Shown piece after piece: positions 27,430 to 40,165 of a stretch of 64,000 bases of DNA. Position 1 is the stretch's first letter. The number at the start of each line of letters is the position of its first letter. The position numbers and the translations under genes are program-made. This DNA is from Nageia nagi (taxonomy: Eukaryota > Plantae > Pinophyta): positions 52,514,001-52,578,000 of the forward strand of contig JBITNC010000001.1 in assembly GCA_050084985.1 (NCBI GenBank). The letters are read 5' to 3'. The notes under the pieces were generated by a model. That model ran no database searches. It worked only from the letters and a program-made list of their open reading frames with translations, and was not told the DNA's origin.

Positions 27430-30248
27430 CTATCCACTTTGTTCCTATTTGGGGGGCATGGGTGTCTCACCCGACCCCTCTCCTCCTCTAGTACCTACAT
27501 CATCCCTTGGAATCTAGAGCATTTGAAGACCCCACTTGATGGGCTTATCCTCATGAATGGCTATTGCTAGGCTATCGTACACTCTTCTTGGTAGTGTTCA
27601 TGCAATTACGACTAGCTCTTGGACTAGCTCCTCCTGCTAGAAATAAGCTCTATCATGGTTATCCCAATCGCCACTAGTTTCCCATAGAAGGTGATTACCT
27701 TTTTCACCTCCCATTGCCATAGATATACTACTATATGATATGCTTCGTGATTGATCATGGCACTATCAGTCCATGTCATGACATCTTTTTGACCTCCTGT
27801 AGTTATGGCCTCCTCTATCTGCATGCCCTCCTATATGCATGGTACCTATATCCTAGTTGTTGTCACTAGTAACTAGGTATGGTAATGTCTTGTAGCTAAC
27901 ATCACATATAATTGTGCTTGCAACCCTTTGACCTATGATTGCAATGCATTCCTATGCACTATCATCATATCTCTCTCAACCATTACTATGTCTCTCTTTA
28001 TGATGATCGCATCCCTCTAGTATAGTGTGACGTCCCTCTTGCCTAACACCTAATAATACTTAGCCAAAATCCCTACCTCATGAGCCTCATGCTCACCTTT
28101 AAATGCACCTATCATATCATTAAATTTCCCATAATCAAAAAACTTATCATCTCCCTCTGTGCCCATCTCTGCTCTTATAGTCTCTCTAGCTATCTATCTT
28201 GCAGGTGCACCTAGTTCTATTATTACTATTGGTGTCATTGATGCTCCTCCTACTGTACTTCCTATCCTCCTACTCCTACTAGAGGTGGTTCCTATAGCAC
28301 TCCATCTATGACCACCTGATCTCGCTAGGGAGCCCACCATGCATTGTACTCTATAGTAGTACTCACATCATCGATGTTGGTATGATCATCACTACATTAG
28401 GAGATGCATAAGGCTTCATGTAGCATCCTATCAATAGGTACCCTTATGCTTGATCTAATGATAGAGCTTATGATCTAGTGGCACATCCTAAGTGATCCCA
28501 TGTTGATAGGTCACCTACTCATATCGATACACCTCAACATCCCTAGGTCTCTTCCTGCATAAGTCATGGGATTGATGCACTCATGATAGCTAGTCAATGT
28601 CCTCAACTCATGTTGGGTCTACTCTCCAAGGCTTGTATACCACATCCTCTAACCTTAATCTAACCCATATTCTCTTGTTCCATGTGTACATACCCTTGTA
28701 GGGTCACCTCTTGGGCAACTCATGCTCTTGTGCCCATCATCAAGCATAAGGTAGCTCTCACCCTACTATGGACACCTCCAGGTCAACCTCCACCACACTA
28801 TGAATGTCAAAAGTTAGGCTATGGGGTCATGCCACTTGCACATTCTCCCACATCTAGAATCCTATCAACAATGATTTCATGATCTTGACCTTATCTCACT
28901 ATCGATCCATGAGCTACCTATACATTTGTTAGAGGATGGTTGGGGCCCATGCGTACACTACCCCATCCTTCATGATGTCTATAACAATATCCAATAGATT
29001 ATAGGGGATCTTATACCCATTGGTATATGGAAGGAAAAATCTAATTATAATCATCATCACTATAGCCTCCTAATCTATCACCATCCCCTCATCATATACG
29101 ATAGCATAATCCACTCCACCATGTCTAGTATCAATGGTCTTCCATCCATCCTTGAACATCCTTTGCATAGTCTAGCTCCTTGAGCTTATCGCTATCAACA
29201 TCTTGCCCTTGATGGGCACCTTGAATATCTTGTAGGTTTCCTCTAATGTGATCATCATCTCACCAGTAGGGAAGTGGAAGGTGTTGCTCTGGCTATCCCA
29301 ACACTCCACTAGGGTGTAAATATATGCCTGGTTCACTATTATGATCCTTAGTCGAGCGGGCCCTTGCCAATCCTATAACCTCCAATCATACCCAATCTAT
29401 GTTATCCAGCACCCTATGTACATTCTTCAAGATGGGTCTAGACTTATGCTAGGTCTTCACCTAACACCCATTCAAGCAAGTCCTATGTTAGTCCTTTTGT
29501 CATCTTTCGTAAGCATTTATTTAGTTAAGTTAGTCCTCTCTTTTTTAAGTTAGTTGTCTTGTCTATGTTTTCTTAGTCATGTGAGTCTTAGTCAATCAAC
29601 CCTATTATTTTTATGGTCCATTTATGACTTTTTATGTGTCCTATAGCCTATATTTTATATTTGTTCCTAATTAATCTACAATAGGTCAACTAATTTGAAT
29701 TAGTAAACATCCTACAAACTAGTTAGTGAACTAGTTGGGCATTGACTAGCTAACCAATTGATATGGTATAAGGTTAGTCAGATGCTAATCTATGGGCTCC
29801 TAGTATGCCCCTAAATTAGGATTGATCTACAGCTCACTGACTAGCAAGTTGAGCTTGAGGCTAAAAACCTTGCATCGCATGCCCTAAAAACTTACACATT
29901 TCAATTATTTTGGGTCCTAAACTCAAATTTTACTTTGGAAAACATTTCTATGTGTTGTTGAGGTTATTTTAAGTCTTACTTGGTTTAATTTGGTCCATTG
30001 GTTCTCCTAAAAGCTGATGCCCTAGTTTCATGTGTTATCTACAGTTTTCTCCATTTTGTGTGAAAGTTAACTAGTAAAATCAAAAATAAATTTCATTTTC
30101 ACCATTAATGTGCTTGTGATCTACATTCCTATGGTAATAAAATTAAAATTGATCAATTTTTTATACTTACCCACTTGTATGGGTGATCACCTCCTCCTTT
30201 GGGTGGGCTGCATGATGGGTCCTATCTAGCTACTACAATGATTGCCAT
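27430..30248 (-). pseudogene. Antisense extra gene of the Ogre/Tat element encoding a Plant Mobile Domain protein (two exons predicted)
   Basis: Minus strand ~29225-29340 translates to VNQAYIYTLVECWDSQSNTFHFPTGEMMITLEETYKIF, matching the PMD signature LxERWxxxTxTFHLPxGEMTITLEDV. Putative exon 1 is 30248-30171, donor GTAAGT at 30170, branch-like ACTAAC and acceptor TTAG at 29461. The 3' end is approximate. Confidence 0.82.
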
Positions 30249-31792
30249 CTCTCCTACTCAACCTAGTGTACTCAGGAACAAAATGTTCTCTCTTGGTAAA
30301 ATCTCTATTCATGTAAGGAAAAGTGTGCAAATGAAACATTTGACTCAACTTTTTTATTTTATTATCCCCACCTTTTAGCCATCCCGTCGGCTAGTTAGTC
30401 ATCCCATCAGCTAGTCCTAACTAATATGTAGTAGATTGGCTAGTCTCCTTTCATTATTTTTTCCTTTTCCCCTATCCTTTTTACTCATTGATTAGTTATA
30501 TGCTCGATCCCCTATCCTAGGACCTTCTCCCATATCCTCACTTAAGGGGGATATACTCACATATTTCTTTCATGATCTTGATTGTGTTATTTCACCAGGT
30601 AGCCCATAAATGCAATTTATCCCACACATATCATGCACCTTTCCTTAGTCGAGTTCTTATACTTGATTTTCCCTCATAATACTTAGTTTTCATGGTTTTC
30701 TCATCTCAAATGAAGAATCCAAGAAAAATTTTATTCCTCATCACTTATCTCTTTCACGATCCTAATCACATCATCTCATCTTGTCAAGTGCCCCCATAGG
30801 TACGATCCATTTTTTTTACAAAAAATGAGCATATTCATCTTACTTTATCTTTTGGTCCTAGTTACTCTAGCATTTTCATCATTTATCATTCAACATGGTC
30901 TCTTTTGCAAGCATCACATGCCTACATGCTATGCCCAATGCTTGGTAGGTCTATGAGCCTACAATCCATCTCTCTAGCTCAGTCTTATATGTCCTATCAT
31001 GTGTTGAAACTAGACTTGGTTTAGATGTTCAGGATGATCTTATACAGCTTGTCATGCACCAAAACTAGTTCTTATTTTGAATTTTCATCATTTCACTCCT
31101 TAGCTACTAGGCCAAATCAAAATCATTGATTATTTACCCTTCAACCATTGGGGTAAAGAATAATCTTTTTTATTATCCTTCGATTACTAGGGCAAAGTAG
31201 AATCATTTTACCCTTCAACTATAGGGGAAAAGCATAAATATTTTTGTTACATTTTGATTGTTGGAGCAATTATTTTTCCCTTTCATGTTACCCTTCTACT
31301 GATGGGTAAAGTAGAGATCATTCAATTTTGTTATTAGTTTATGTAGTTTGCTTTTTTAGTTTTGCTTTATGATCACTTACCTATCAGCTCTTTTCCTATC
31401 CTATCATTTTAAAAACTAACTAGTTATGGCATGATAGTGTTGGCATTATGAGGTGTTATATCCATAGGTACTTCTTGTATCATATTATCTTTTATCTTTT
31501 TCATTTTTGTATCGATTGGTTATTACATGATAGTGTTGGCATTGTAAGGTGTTATAGCCATAGGTACATCCTAATCTCTTGTAGCATAGTCCATCTCAAT
31601 GAGATACAGACTAGTTACAATGAGATAGTGTTGGCACCACGAGGTGTTATAGCCATATGTTCTCTCAATGTGAAGATGTAAACCATCCCATCATTACCAC
31701 ATTGCACACACTTCACTTATTTTTGTACCACATTTTGCTTATCATGAAATTTTGTTTCATATCTTGCAAAAATTGGTACAAAAAGGAGCATC

Positions 31793-32799
31793 TGTAGATA
31801 CCTAAAAATTATTCATTCATCTAGTTTAGATGATTTATAATTATTTGACTCATCCCATAGTTCATCATGATCCTATCATCCCTCCTTCCTATCCCAACCC
31901 TATTCACACAATCAATTTTTGTAACTTGGTCCTTTATTACCACCTTATCATTTTGAACCCTAATCAATCCATCAGTTAGGGGATTAGTTGATCGATTAGG
32001 CTAAACCCTAACTGAACCATCAAATAGTGTTGTATAAAATTCAATTCAAAATTAGCTTTTCTAACCTTTGACTCACTTTGTACAATGGGAAACCCATGAC
32101 TTCCTACTATCCTATGCACTCCAAACTATCTACTTGAGCTTTTGGACTCAAACCTTCCATTTGGAGCTTCATCCATCATTTTCAAAGGCAACAAAAAGAG
32201 GATCTTTGTCCTCATCTTGCAAGAAACCTTAGGTAACTCATGTGTCTTTGGTTTTTGTGGTACTCACCATTACTTTGAGTGTTTTTTGTAGCTTTTGAGA
32301 GGACATTCAAGAGCTCACATCATATATATTTTTTGGGTAATCATTGCTATTTTGGTGCATGGTTGCATAGTAGTATTTTCTAGGCTAGTCTCTTATAGAC
32401 TTAGGCTAGAATAGGTTAGTTTAGTTTTTATTATTAGTTAGTCCATTTTAATCTTATTTTAGCTTGCATTTTAGACATTGTGTTATTTTCTAGTGCCTTA
32501 TTGATTCAAGGTTTGGAGGCTTACAAGATATCTAACTATATTTGCATGGTTCTAGGGTCTTAAGGACCTATAACCTATAATCCTCCTCTTATCTCTTATT
32601 TTGTAGGTTATTTGGACTCTTGGGTGTTGCATCAAAAGGGAAAAACTCTAAACCCTAGCTCCATTTAATTTTATTATCATCATCTAATCATGTTTCAAGC
32701 AATATTTTAGATATTACAGCATGGGTGTTTCCTAGAGGGGAGGGACCCCAAGTGTGGGATCTCCATAACTCCTTGCACCCCCCCTTTTGTAAGCTTACA
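31793..32799 (+). repeat. 3' LTR of the Ogre/Tat element (PPT 31780-31790)
   Basis: AAAAAGGAGCA-TC-TGTAGATACCTAAAAAT start resembles the TGTAAACACCTAAAAAT start of the LTRs in 3308-21922. Shared internal motifs (CTAGGGTCTTAAGGAC). Ends ..AAGCTTACA. The partner LTR is outside the window. Confidence 0.75.
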
Positions 32800-33399
32800 A
32801 TGTAGGAAAGGTAGAAGGCTGAATGTCATACTTTATACTGATGATGTTAGTAAGTGGATTATCATAATGGAAAACAAGGAGGAAATATGTCAATATCACA
32901 CTTTTGAATGGTTGATGTTAGCAGAGATGTTACCATAATGCAACATAGGGAAAAATTTCAAAATATCATACTTTAGATTTGATGATATTAGCAAGAGATT
33001 CCTAGATTACAACAAGGAAAAAAAGTGATACTACCACTCTTTCAGAGAGGTGACATCATGAATAAGATTTTCAAAGTACGACATAGTAGAAAATGTATAA
33101 AGTATTAGGTGGTAAGATAAATGACATTAGTAAAAGGTCAATGAAAATTTGATAATGCTATAAGGCATTGAATCTCAAATGATGAGAGAGATGGCATCAA
33201 CAATGACATCAACATGGAGCAAGAATGTACAACTAACACTTGAAGAGCCTTTGAAGGTGTAATATAATAAGAAATGACTAGGTGTCATACGATAAGAGAG
33301 ATGACATCAATGATGATGTTAACATGGAGATAAAAGGCTTTATTAGATATTACATGGTACAACATGACATGATAAAGCATGAAAATACATTTAATGAGC

Positions 33400-34778
33400 T
33401 GTGATGAGCCAAATTGGGGATCACTTCTCAAATGTGCCCTAGGAGAGGGACATTAAGCTTCAAGTTTTGAAATTGGTAAAATAACCTCAAAAATGCAAAA
33501 TTATTCCAATGACTAGATAGAAATGCCAAATATGATTTCAAACTTGAAAAATACCTCCAAATTCCAATGTCTAGCTATGATGAGAAAAACACAATATTCA
33601 AGCATGTAATACTTCTAGTAATCCAACATTGCAAATAAGAAGGCAAAATATGAATTAAATGACACAACAACCACTCTAGATCTAATTTACAAGCATAGGA
33701 CAACAATTACATCAAAATGATAGCAAATATGTAATTATATTGATATATCAATGGTAAAAGCATAATTATAATATTTTTGTCTACCTAAGGAGCTTGTACA
33801 AGGACTACCTCTAATAGGATTATGTTGGATGGCTCCATGGCCTCACCAATCATAGCAACAATGATGTGTAGACTAGGTATTCCTCTGTAGCTCTATGACG
33901 GAACCATCAATGTTCCTCTAAATATGTTGGAGTAAGTTTGAGGTTATACTCCTCTCACCTCAATACCTCAAATGTAGGTTTCCCTAAAAGTGGCAAAGAT
34001 AGAGTTCTCACACTCAATCCAAAAAAAGGGTTTAATATCAATAAATATATATCATAATGGCCATGATTCCTCCTTTTATAGGAAAATATCATCATCTTCT
34101 AATCTTGCATTGAGATGATCTAATAATACCATGTTTGCAATGTCTAATATGAGGAGCCTTAGGATGAATGAAATCACATCTAAGGGACAGGAATGCCAAT
34201 GTCTAAGATAGGGTGATGTCGAAGCACTTGGGATCAACACCATGGGTTCAAGTACTAAGGAGGACCAACATGGGATCTTAGAATGCACACATACCCAATT
34301 TCCATGCATGGGAACCATCCATTACCTAGAGATTGTTGAAACCTTGCTTAAAGTGCCATGTCCAACCTTGGAGCTCCAAATGACCTTATAGTCGATGCAA
34401 TCACCTAGGGGGATGCTTTACCTTGAAGAGGGAAGCACTAATGATTAGAGATGTATTAAATACCAATATTAAAATCATTAAGAATAAAATATGCAATGCC
34501 TCTTTTAAGGAAACTAATATTGCATTTACACATATAATTACCTTGGTAGTACAAATACATCATTATTGGCATTTAGTAATTAACTAAATACAAAATTAAA
34601 TAAATAAATAAATAAAAGGACCATTTACTCCATAATTAGAGCTTTGCTAAGTCTTTAAATGAAATTTATATTATTTTGGCCAAATCCTACAAAATTTAGA
34701 TAAAATCACACCTAAATTAATGTTCCCATTTATCATAGGTGAAATGGAGAAAATACCTAAAAAAATGGTGATATTACA
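33400..34778 (-). repeat. Chromovirus 3' LTR
   Basis: TGTGATGAG...ATATTACA; collinear with 48223-49610 but visibly diverged. Confidence 0.9.
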
Positions 34779-34799
34779 GTTTGTCCCTCCCAAATTGCT

Positions 34800-37700
34800 T
34801 ATCCTCAAGTGATTTGAATGTTCTCTAAATTCACATGGAAGAGTATCCCATTTTCCTAGGTGGCATCTTCAGGGGGTAACTCTCTCCATTTAATCAATTT
34901 TTCATTGATGTCACAATTCCTTAGTTTCTTAACCTAGGTGTCCAAGATTACTTCCGGTTCTAATACTAATTTTCCCTCATTGTCTAATAGGGGTAATTAT
35001 GAAGAAGGAACCATGTGTTTTCCTAATTCCTTTTTGATACATGATACATGGAAAACATTATGGATTCTACTTTGGGGTGGTAGTTCCAACTTGTAGGCTT
35101 TTTATCATGCACAATGTTGCACCTTATAAGGTCCAAAGAAACATGGTTTTAGCTTTTTTGCTCTGCTCTTCTTAAGGGATGATTATCTGTAAGGTTGTAG
35201 ATGTAGATACACCAATTCCCCTTCCTCAATGCTTCTTTCAGTATGATGCTAGTTTGCATACCTTTTTTGTTGATTCTACGCTTGTTGGATATTATCTTAT
35301 AAAGCCCTTAGTATGTCTTGATGTTATTAAATAAAATAGTGGGTCTTAGGGATCTTTGTTTCATCAATAAATATATCTACAAAGTGAGGTGCTTCATACC
35401 CATATAGTGCTTCAAATGGGGATATATTAATCAACATATGGTAGGTAGAGTTGTAACAATATCCCCCTAGATGAATTCATTTGACCCAAGTTTGTTGTTG
35501 ATTTAAGACATAGCTCCTTAGGTATCCCTCTATCCATTTGTTAGCAATTTCTATCTATCTATTGGTTTGAGGATGGTAGTTGGTGCTAGGATTCAACCTT
35601 ATGTTCACTATATTGAATACCTCTTGCTAAAATATGCTCATAAACTTTGCTATCATGATCACTAACAATGCTCTTGGGTAATCCATGGAGTCAAAAAACT
35701 TGCTTAAAGAATATTTTAGCAATCTGAGCAATTGTGAATGTGAAGGGTAATGCTATAAAGTGACCATATTTGGTTAATATTTCTATTATGACATAGATAC
35801 AATTCTTCCCATAAATATGTGGTAGTTTCATGATGAAATCCATTGAAATGCTTTCCCACTTTTAATTTGGTATTGTAATGGTTGAAGTAGTCCTACTAGT
35901 TGGTTTTGTTCATTCTTATTTTCTTGGCAAGTCAGGCATTCCCTAACATATTTTCATACATCCTCATTTAATCCTTTCTAAGAAAATCTTTCCCTGATAG
36001 CCTTGTAAGTTTTATAAAACCTGGGATGCCCCATGATGGGTGCATTATGCATATTTGATAACACTTTAGCTTTAAGCTTGAATCTCAGGGCCAAAAATAT
36101 CCTTCCTTTATAGAGAATTAGTTCCTCACAAATTGTAAATGCTTCATTATGTATTTATCCATTGAAAATATTTTCAGTTAAGTCATTATTATTATACTAT
36201 GCTATGATATCCTTTCTACAATCATGGTTAAGGACATATAGAGCATGAAATGCTAGTGACCTTGAGAGGGTATCAGTTAGGAATGTTATTATTCCCCTTA
36301 ATATACTCAATGTCAAATTTATATGCTTGTAGCTTGGTAACCCACCTTTGCTTCCTCTCACTCAAATCATGTTATCCCAAGAAATTCCTTACGCTGTTAT
36401 AGTCCATTTTGATTGTGAAACATCCATAGACTAAATATTATCAAAACTTTGATAGAGCTTGAATAATTTCTAATATTTCCTTATCATATATTCCAAGGGC
36501 TCTTTTTGTCTTTTCAAGTTTCTTGCTTTCAAAAGTGACTAGGTGTTTATTTTTTGTAAGGACAACTCCTATTCTAATCACAAATGCATTGTACTCAACT
36601 ATAAAAGGTTGGGTGAAGTCAGGGATTGCCAATAGGGGAAAATAAGTCATTACCTATTTTAGTTCCTCAAAAGCTTTTTGGGCTTATGGGTTCTAAATGA
36701 AAGTTCCCTTTTTAGTAAGGTTTATTAGGAGGCGAAAAGTTGGGAGAATCCTTTGATAAATCTCCTATAATAATTGTATAACTCCAAGAAGCTCCTCAGT
36801 TCTGTGAGGGTGGGTGGTATTGGCCACTGCTGGATTGATGTAATTTTTTGCAGGTCCACCTTCACTCCTTCATTGATGTAATGGCCTAAGTATATAATTT
36901 CAATCATTCCAAAGTCACACTTGGACTCCTTTGTGTAAAATTGTTATCTTTTTAGGATTCCTATAATAGTGTCTAGATGTTGAAGGTGCTCTTTCCAAGT
37001 TTGACTATATATGAGTATATCATCAAAGAATACTAGTACTAATTTTCAAAGTTATTCATGGAATATATGATTCATAGTAGCTTGGAAAGTAGCTAGTGTA
37101 TTATTTAATTCAAAGGGCATGATTAAGAACTCATAATGGCTATAGTGATAAAAAAAGCTATTTTGGGTATATCTTCTTCTTTTACCTTTATCTGATGGTA
37201 TCCTAATCTTAAATCATTTTTCAAAAAATACTGAGGACTATGTAGCTTATCGATTAATTCATCCACTTGAGGTATTGGGTACCTATTTTTTATCATCTTT
37301 TTTAAAGAGCCCTATAATTAATGCACATTCTCATTGTTTGGTTCTTTTTTACTAACACCACTAATGATGCAAAAGGACTTGTATTGGGTCTTATGTGACC
37401 CATTTCTAGTAGTTATTTGATTATCTTCTCTATTTCATCTTTGTATACTCATGGGTGACAATAGGGAGTGATGATGACTGGCTTAGATCTAGGATCTAGT
37501 TCAATGTTATGGTGGAAACCTCAATTAGGGTGTATTCCAATTGGCATTTCTCTAAATATGTTACTATGCTTGTTAAAGATCTATTGTATTTTGGAGTGGT
37601 AGATGAACTTTGCTTCAGATATTATGATGGGTACTCCCTTAGTGACTCAGATGCTAACTCCCCATAGTATATCACCTTTTTTGATTATTTTCTCCATACT

Positions 37701-38145
37701 TTTTATTGTGACCTCTTGGAGTTATTTGATCCCTTCCAGTGTTATCATTTTCCCACATTGATCCTAAACTTCATGTGTAACATCTTGTAATTAGAGGTGA
37801 TGTACCCTAATGTATATAACTATTTCACTCCCAATATAATATGTAGTACCTCTCCTATTGGTAGGACATAAAAATCTTCCATGAATTTATAATTCCCTAA
37901 TTCAACTATCACCTTCATAATTGTTTTATAAGTGGCTTCTTCATTATTACCCATGGCTAATGTGAATGGTTTAGTTTCTTCAACTGTGAGTCCTTGAGCC
38001 TTTATAAATGATTGATCTATGAAGTTATGCATTGCACCTTCATCTACTAAAGCCAGTAAATCCTTTTCATTTACCTTCCCTTTAACCTTGATTGTAATGT
38101 ATTTTGACTTCCCTTATAGGGTAGCCAGTGTTGCCTTTTGGAAGA
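34800..38145 (-). pseudogene. Chromovirus pol remnant: protease - RT - RNase H - integrase - chromodomain
   Basis: Protease ALVDEGAMHNFID. RT LVFFDDILIY, YLGH, GVKVD..LRSFLELYNYYRRFIKGFS. RH LLAIPDFTQPFIVEYNA..YDKEILEI. INT CFFGPYKV..HNVFHVS. Chromodomain LVLEPEVILD..LIKWRELPPEDAT. Confidence 0.92.
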
Positions 38146-38181
38146 GACTTATCTTAAAAATTTGATGTATGACATTGTGAA

Positions 38182-38671
38182 TGTTAGAATTTGTAATGAA
38201 ATATTGTGAATATCTAAACTCCTTGTAAATTCAATTAATCACTTAAAGGATATTTAGATACCTTAAGGGGTTAATTGAATTCTTTATTATGTAAACTTTG
38301 ACCTTACCAAGTGGTTAGTTGGTAGGTTAAAGTTAGGTAATATATTTATTGTAACCCTAACCTTACCCTTGGGTTAAAGGGAGGTTAGGGAGGTGCTCTC
38401 ATGCTATAAATAGAGGGCCTCTCCTCTTGTAATATAACTTAGATTTTGGGTAAGATTACTCTACTAGTTTGTGTAGGAGAGAAAGGAATTGTAGTAAGAG
38501 GGTGCATAGTTTGAGAATTGAGATCTAGTTGTGGATGTACTCCCAAGGAGGGAGGAACCACTGTATATTGGTGTTATCTTGTGTGAATGGTGTTATTAGC
38601 TTGTAGATGTTGAATGATTAAGTTTCCTATAGTCTTGGACCTTAAGGATTAGTGTAGATCTAATTCCTTCA
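38182..38671 (+). repeat. Copia 5' LTR
   Basis: TG..CA termini; CTATAAATAG TATA box at ~38404; 5 substitutions versus the 3' LTR by manual comparison. Confidence 0.97.
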
Positions 38672-39489
38672 ATTGGTATCAGAGCTTGGTGTGAAAGCTC
38701 TTTTTTTTGGTGTGGAAGCTACATCTTGGTGATCCTTCTTCATTCCTCATCTTACACCCCATTGGTGAGGTAAAACTAAGAGAAGGTATAAATTTCCTCC
38801 TCATTTGGTTATCTTATGGATTATTGCATTAGATACTAACATATTTTATGAGATATTGGAGCGTATTTTTTGCAAAATATGATCAAAATGTCAATGCAAG
38901 CAATTTTTTTTCCTATACTAACCTCTTATGTTAGTAGCATGTTTTTTTACAAAATAACTTCTTTTACTAGCACAAAGTAAAAAGGAGAGATATTATTATC
39001 TCAAATGTTTAATGTTTTTTTTTTTAAATTGTGTTGGTAAATTTATTTTGCAATTTATTGTACACCTTACAATATATCAAAAAGGGGAGGGAGATTTATG
39101 ATTACTAAGCTAATACCTTCACTTGAAATACATTATTATTTAACAAAAATTATTAAAATAGATATGCACAAAATGGATACATTGAAAGGGTCTACGAATT
39201 GTTTGACAGAATGCCTCACCGAAATGCAGTCTTATGGACTGCAATGGTCGAATGAGAAATTTCAAATTTTTTTTTCTTTTGTCGTGCAACGCCATGTATT
39301 GGGAAGTTCTCTGGTTGAATGTGTCAATCGAATTTCGAGGAACCGGCTCTCTGTTGGTCAATTTTCTAGCCCCCCCTTTTGCAGGTCTCCATAACAACAG
39401 TATAGGTAGCACTGGTATGTGGAACAATCATCAAGCTGGATTGAGAATCGAGGCTCATGGAAAGGGTAAGAGCAGGTGGTAGATTCCTT

Positions 39490-40165
39490 GTTCTTGATAC
39501 TCTCTTTGGATGACACAAGAAAAAAAATTAGCCTGAATGATGAATGGTAATCCTATCATCATTTCTGTTGGGAGAAATGCATAGATATTGGGACCCCTTC
39601 GTTCTTCCCATGGAAAAGTGAGTGTTATAACCCAGTTATCCACATCTTACCTCCCCTCAATCCTATTCTCAGCCTTCACTGGAAACTTCTATCTCCACAT
39701 TTAGTAGCTGCACTCCCCGTTGAACTCGTCAGTATTCATTTTTGCAGAAAAATGAAGACTAAATGACTCACTTTGATCGTCTGGGGAAGTTCCCAATGAT
39801 ATTTCTTTCAACACAGAGACTATGTTGACAAGTTCCTTCTTGTACTCTTCACGAATGGAGAGCTTTTTAATTTTTGACATGAATAAAATAACTTCTGGGT
39901 GGATGGATGTCAACTGCTCTTTCACAGCTTGCACCTTCTCCGGATGCAATGGTAGGATTATCACAGTACTGGGGAGGTCATATTTGCATTGCCCACCATA
40001 GACCTCTATAATATCTTCAGTATATGGTTTTCCATCAACCCACTCTGGTCCAATGTAGCCTCCCTATTTTTTGCTCTTTTTCGTGGACCTTACAACACTG
40101 CAGAGAGATTCAATGCTTTTGGAGCTGAATCCCTTTTCATTGTTAAAGACTAATAATGTTCTCAC
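39490..40165 (-). pseudogene. Captured fragment of a host NO VEIN-like / sacsin-type GHKL-ATPase gene (At3g48770-like)
   Basis: Translates to TLLVFNNEKGFSSKSIESLCSVVRSTKK..GYIGPEWVD..LPSTVIILPLHPEKVQAVKEQLTSIHPEVILFMSKIKKLSIRE..ECSY..WVITLTFP..IYAFLPTEMMIGLPFIIQANF. This is collinear with the recalled family motifs; not database-verified. Confidence 0.85.
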
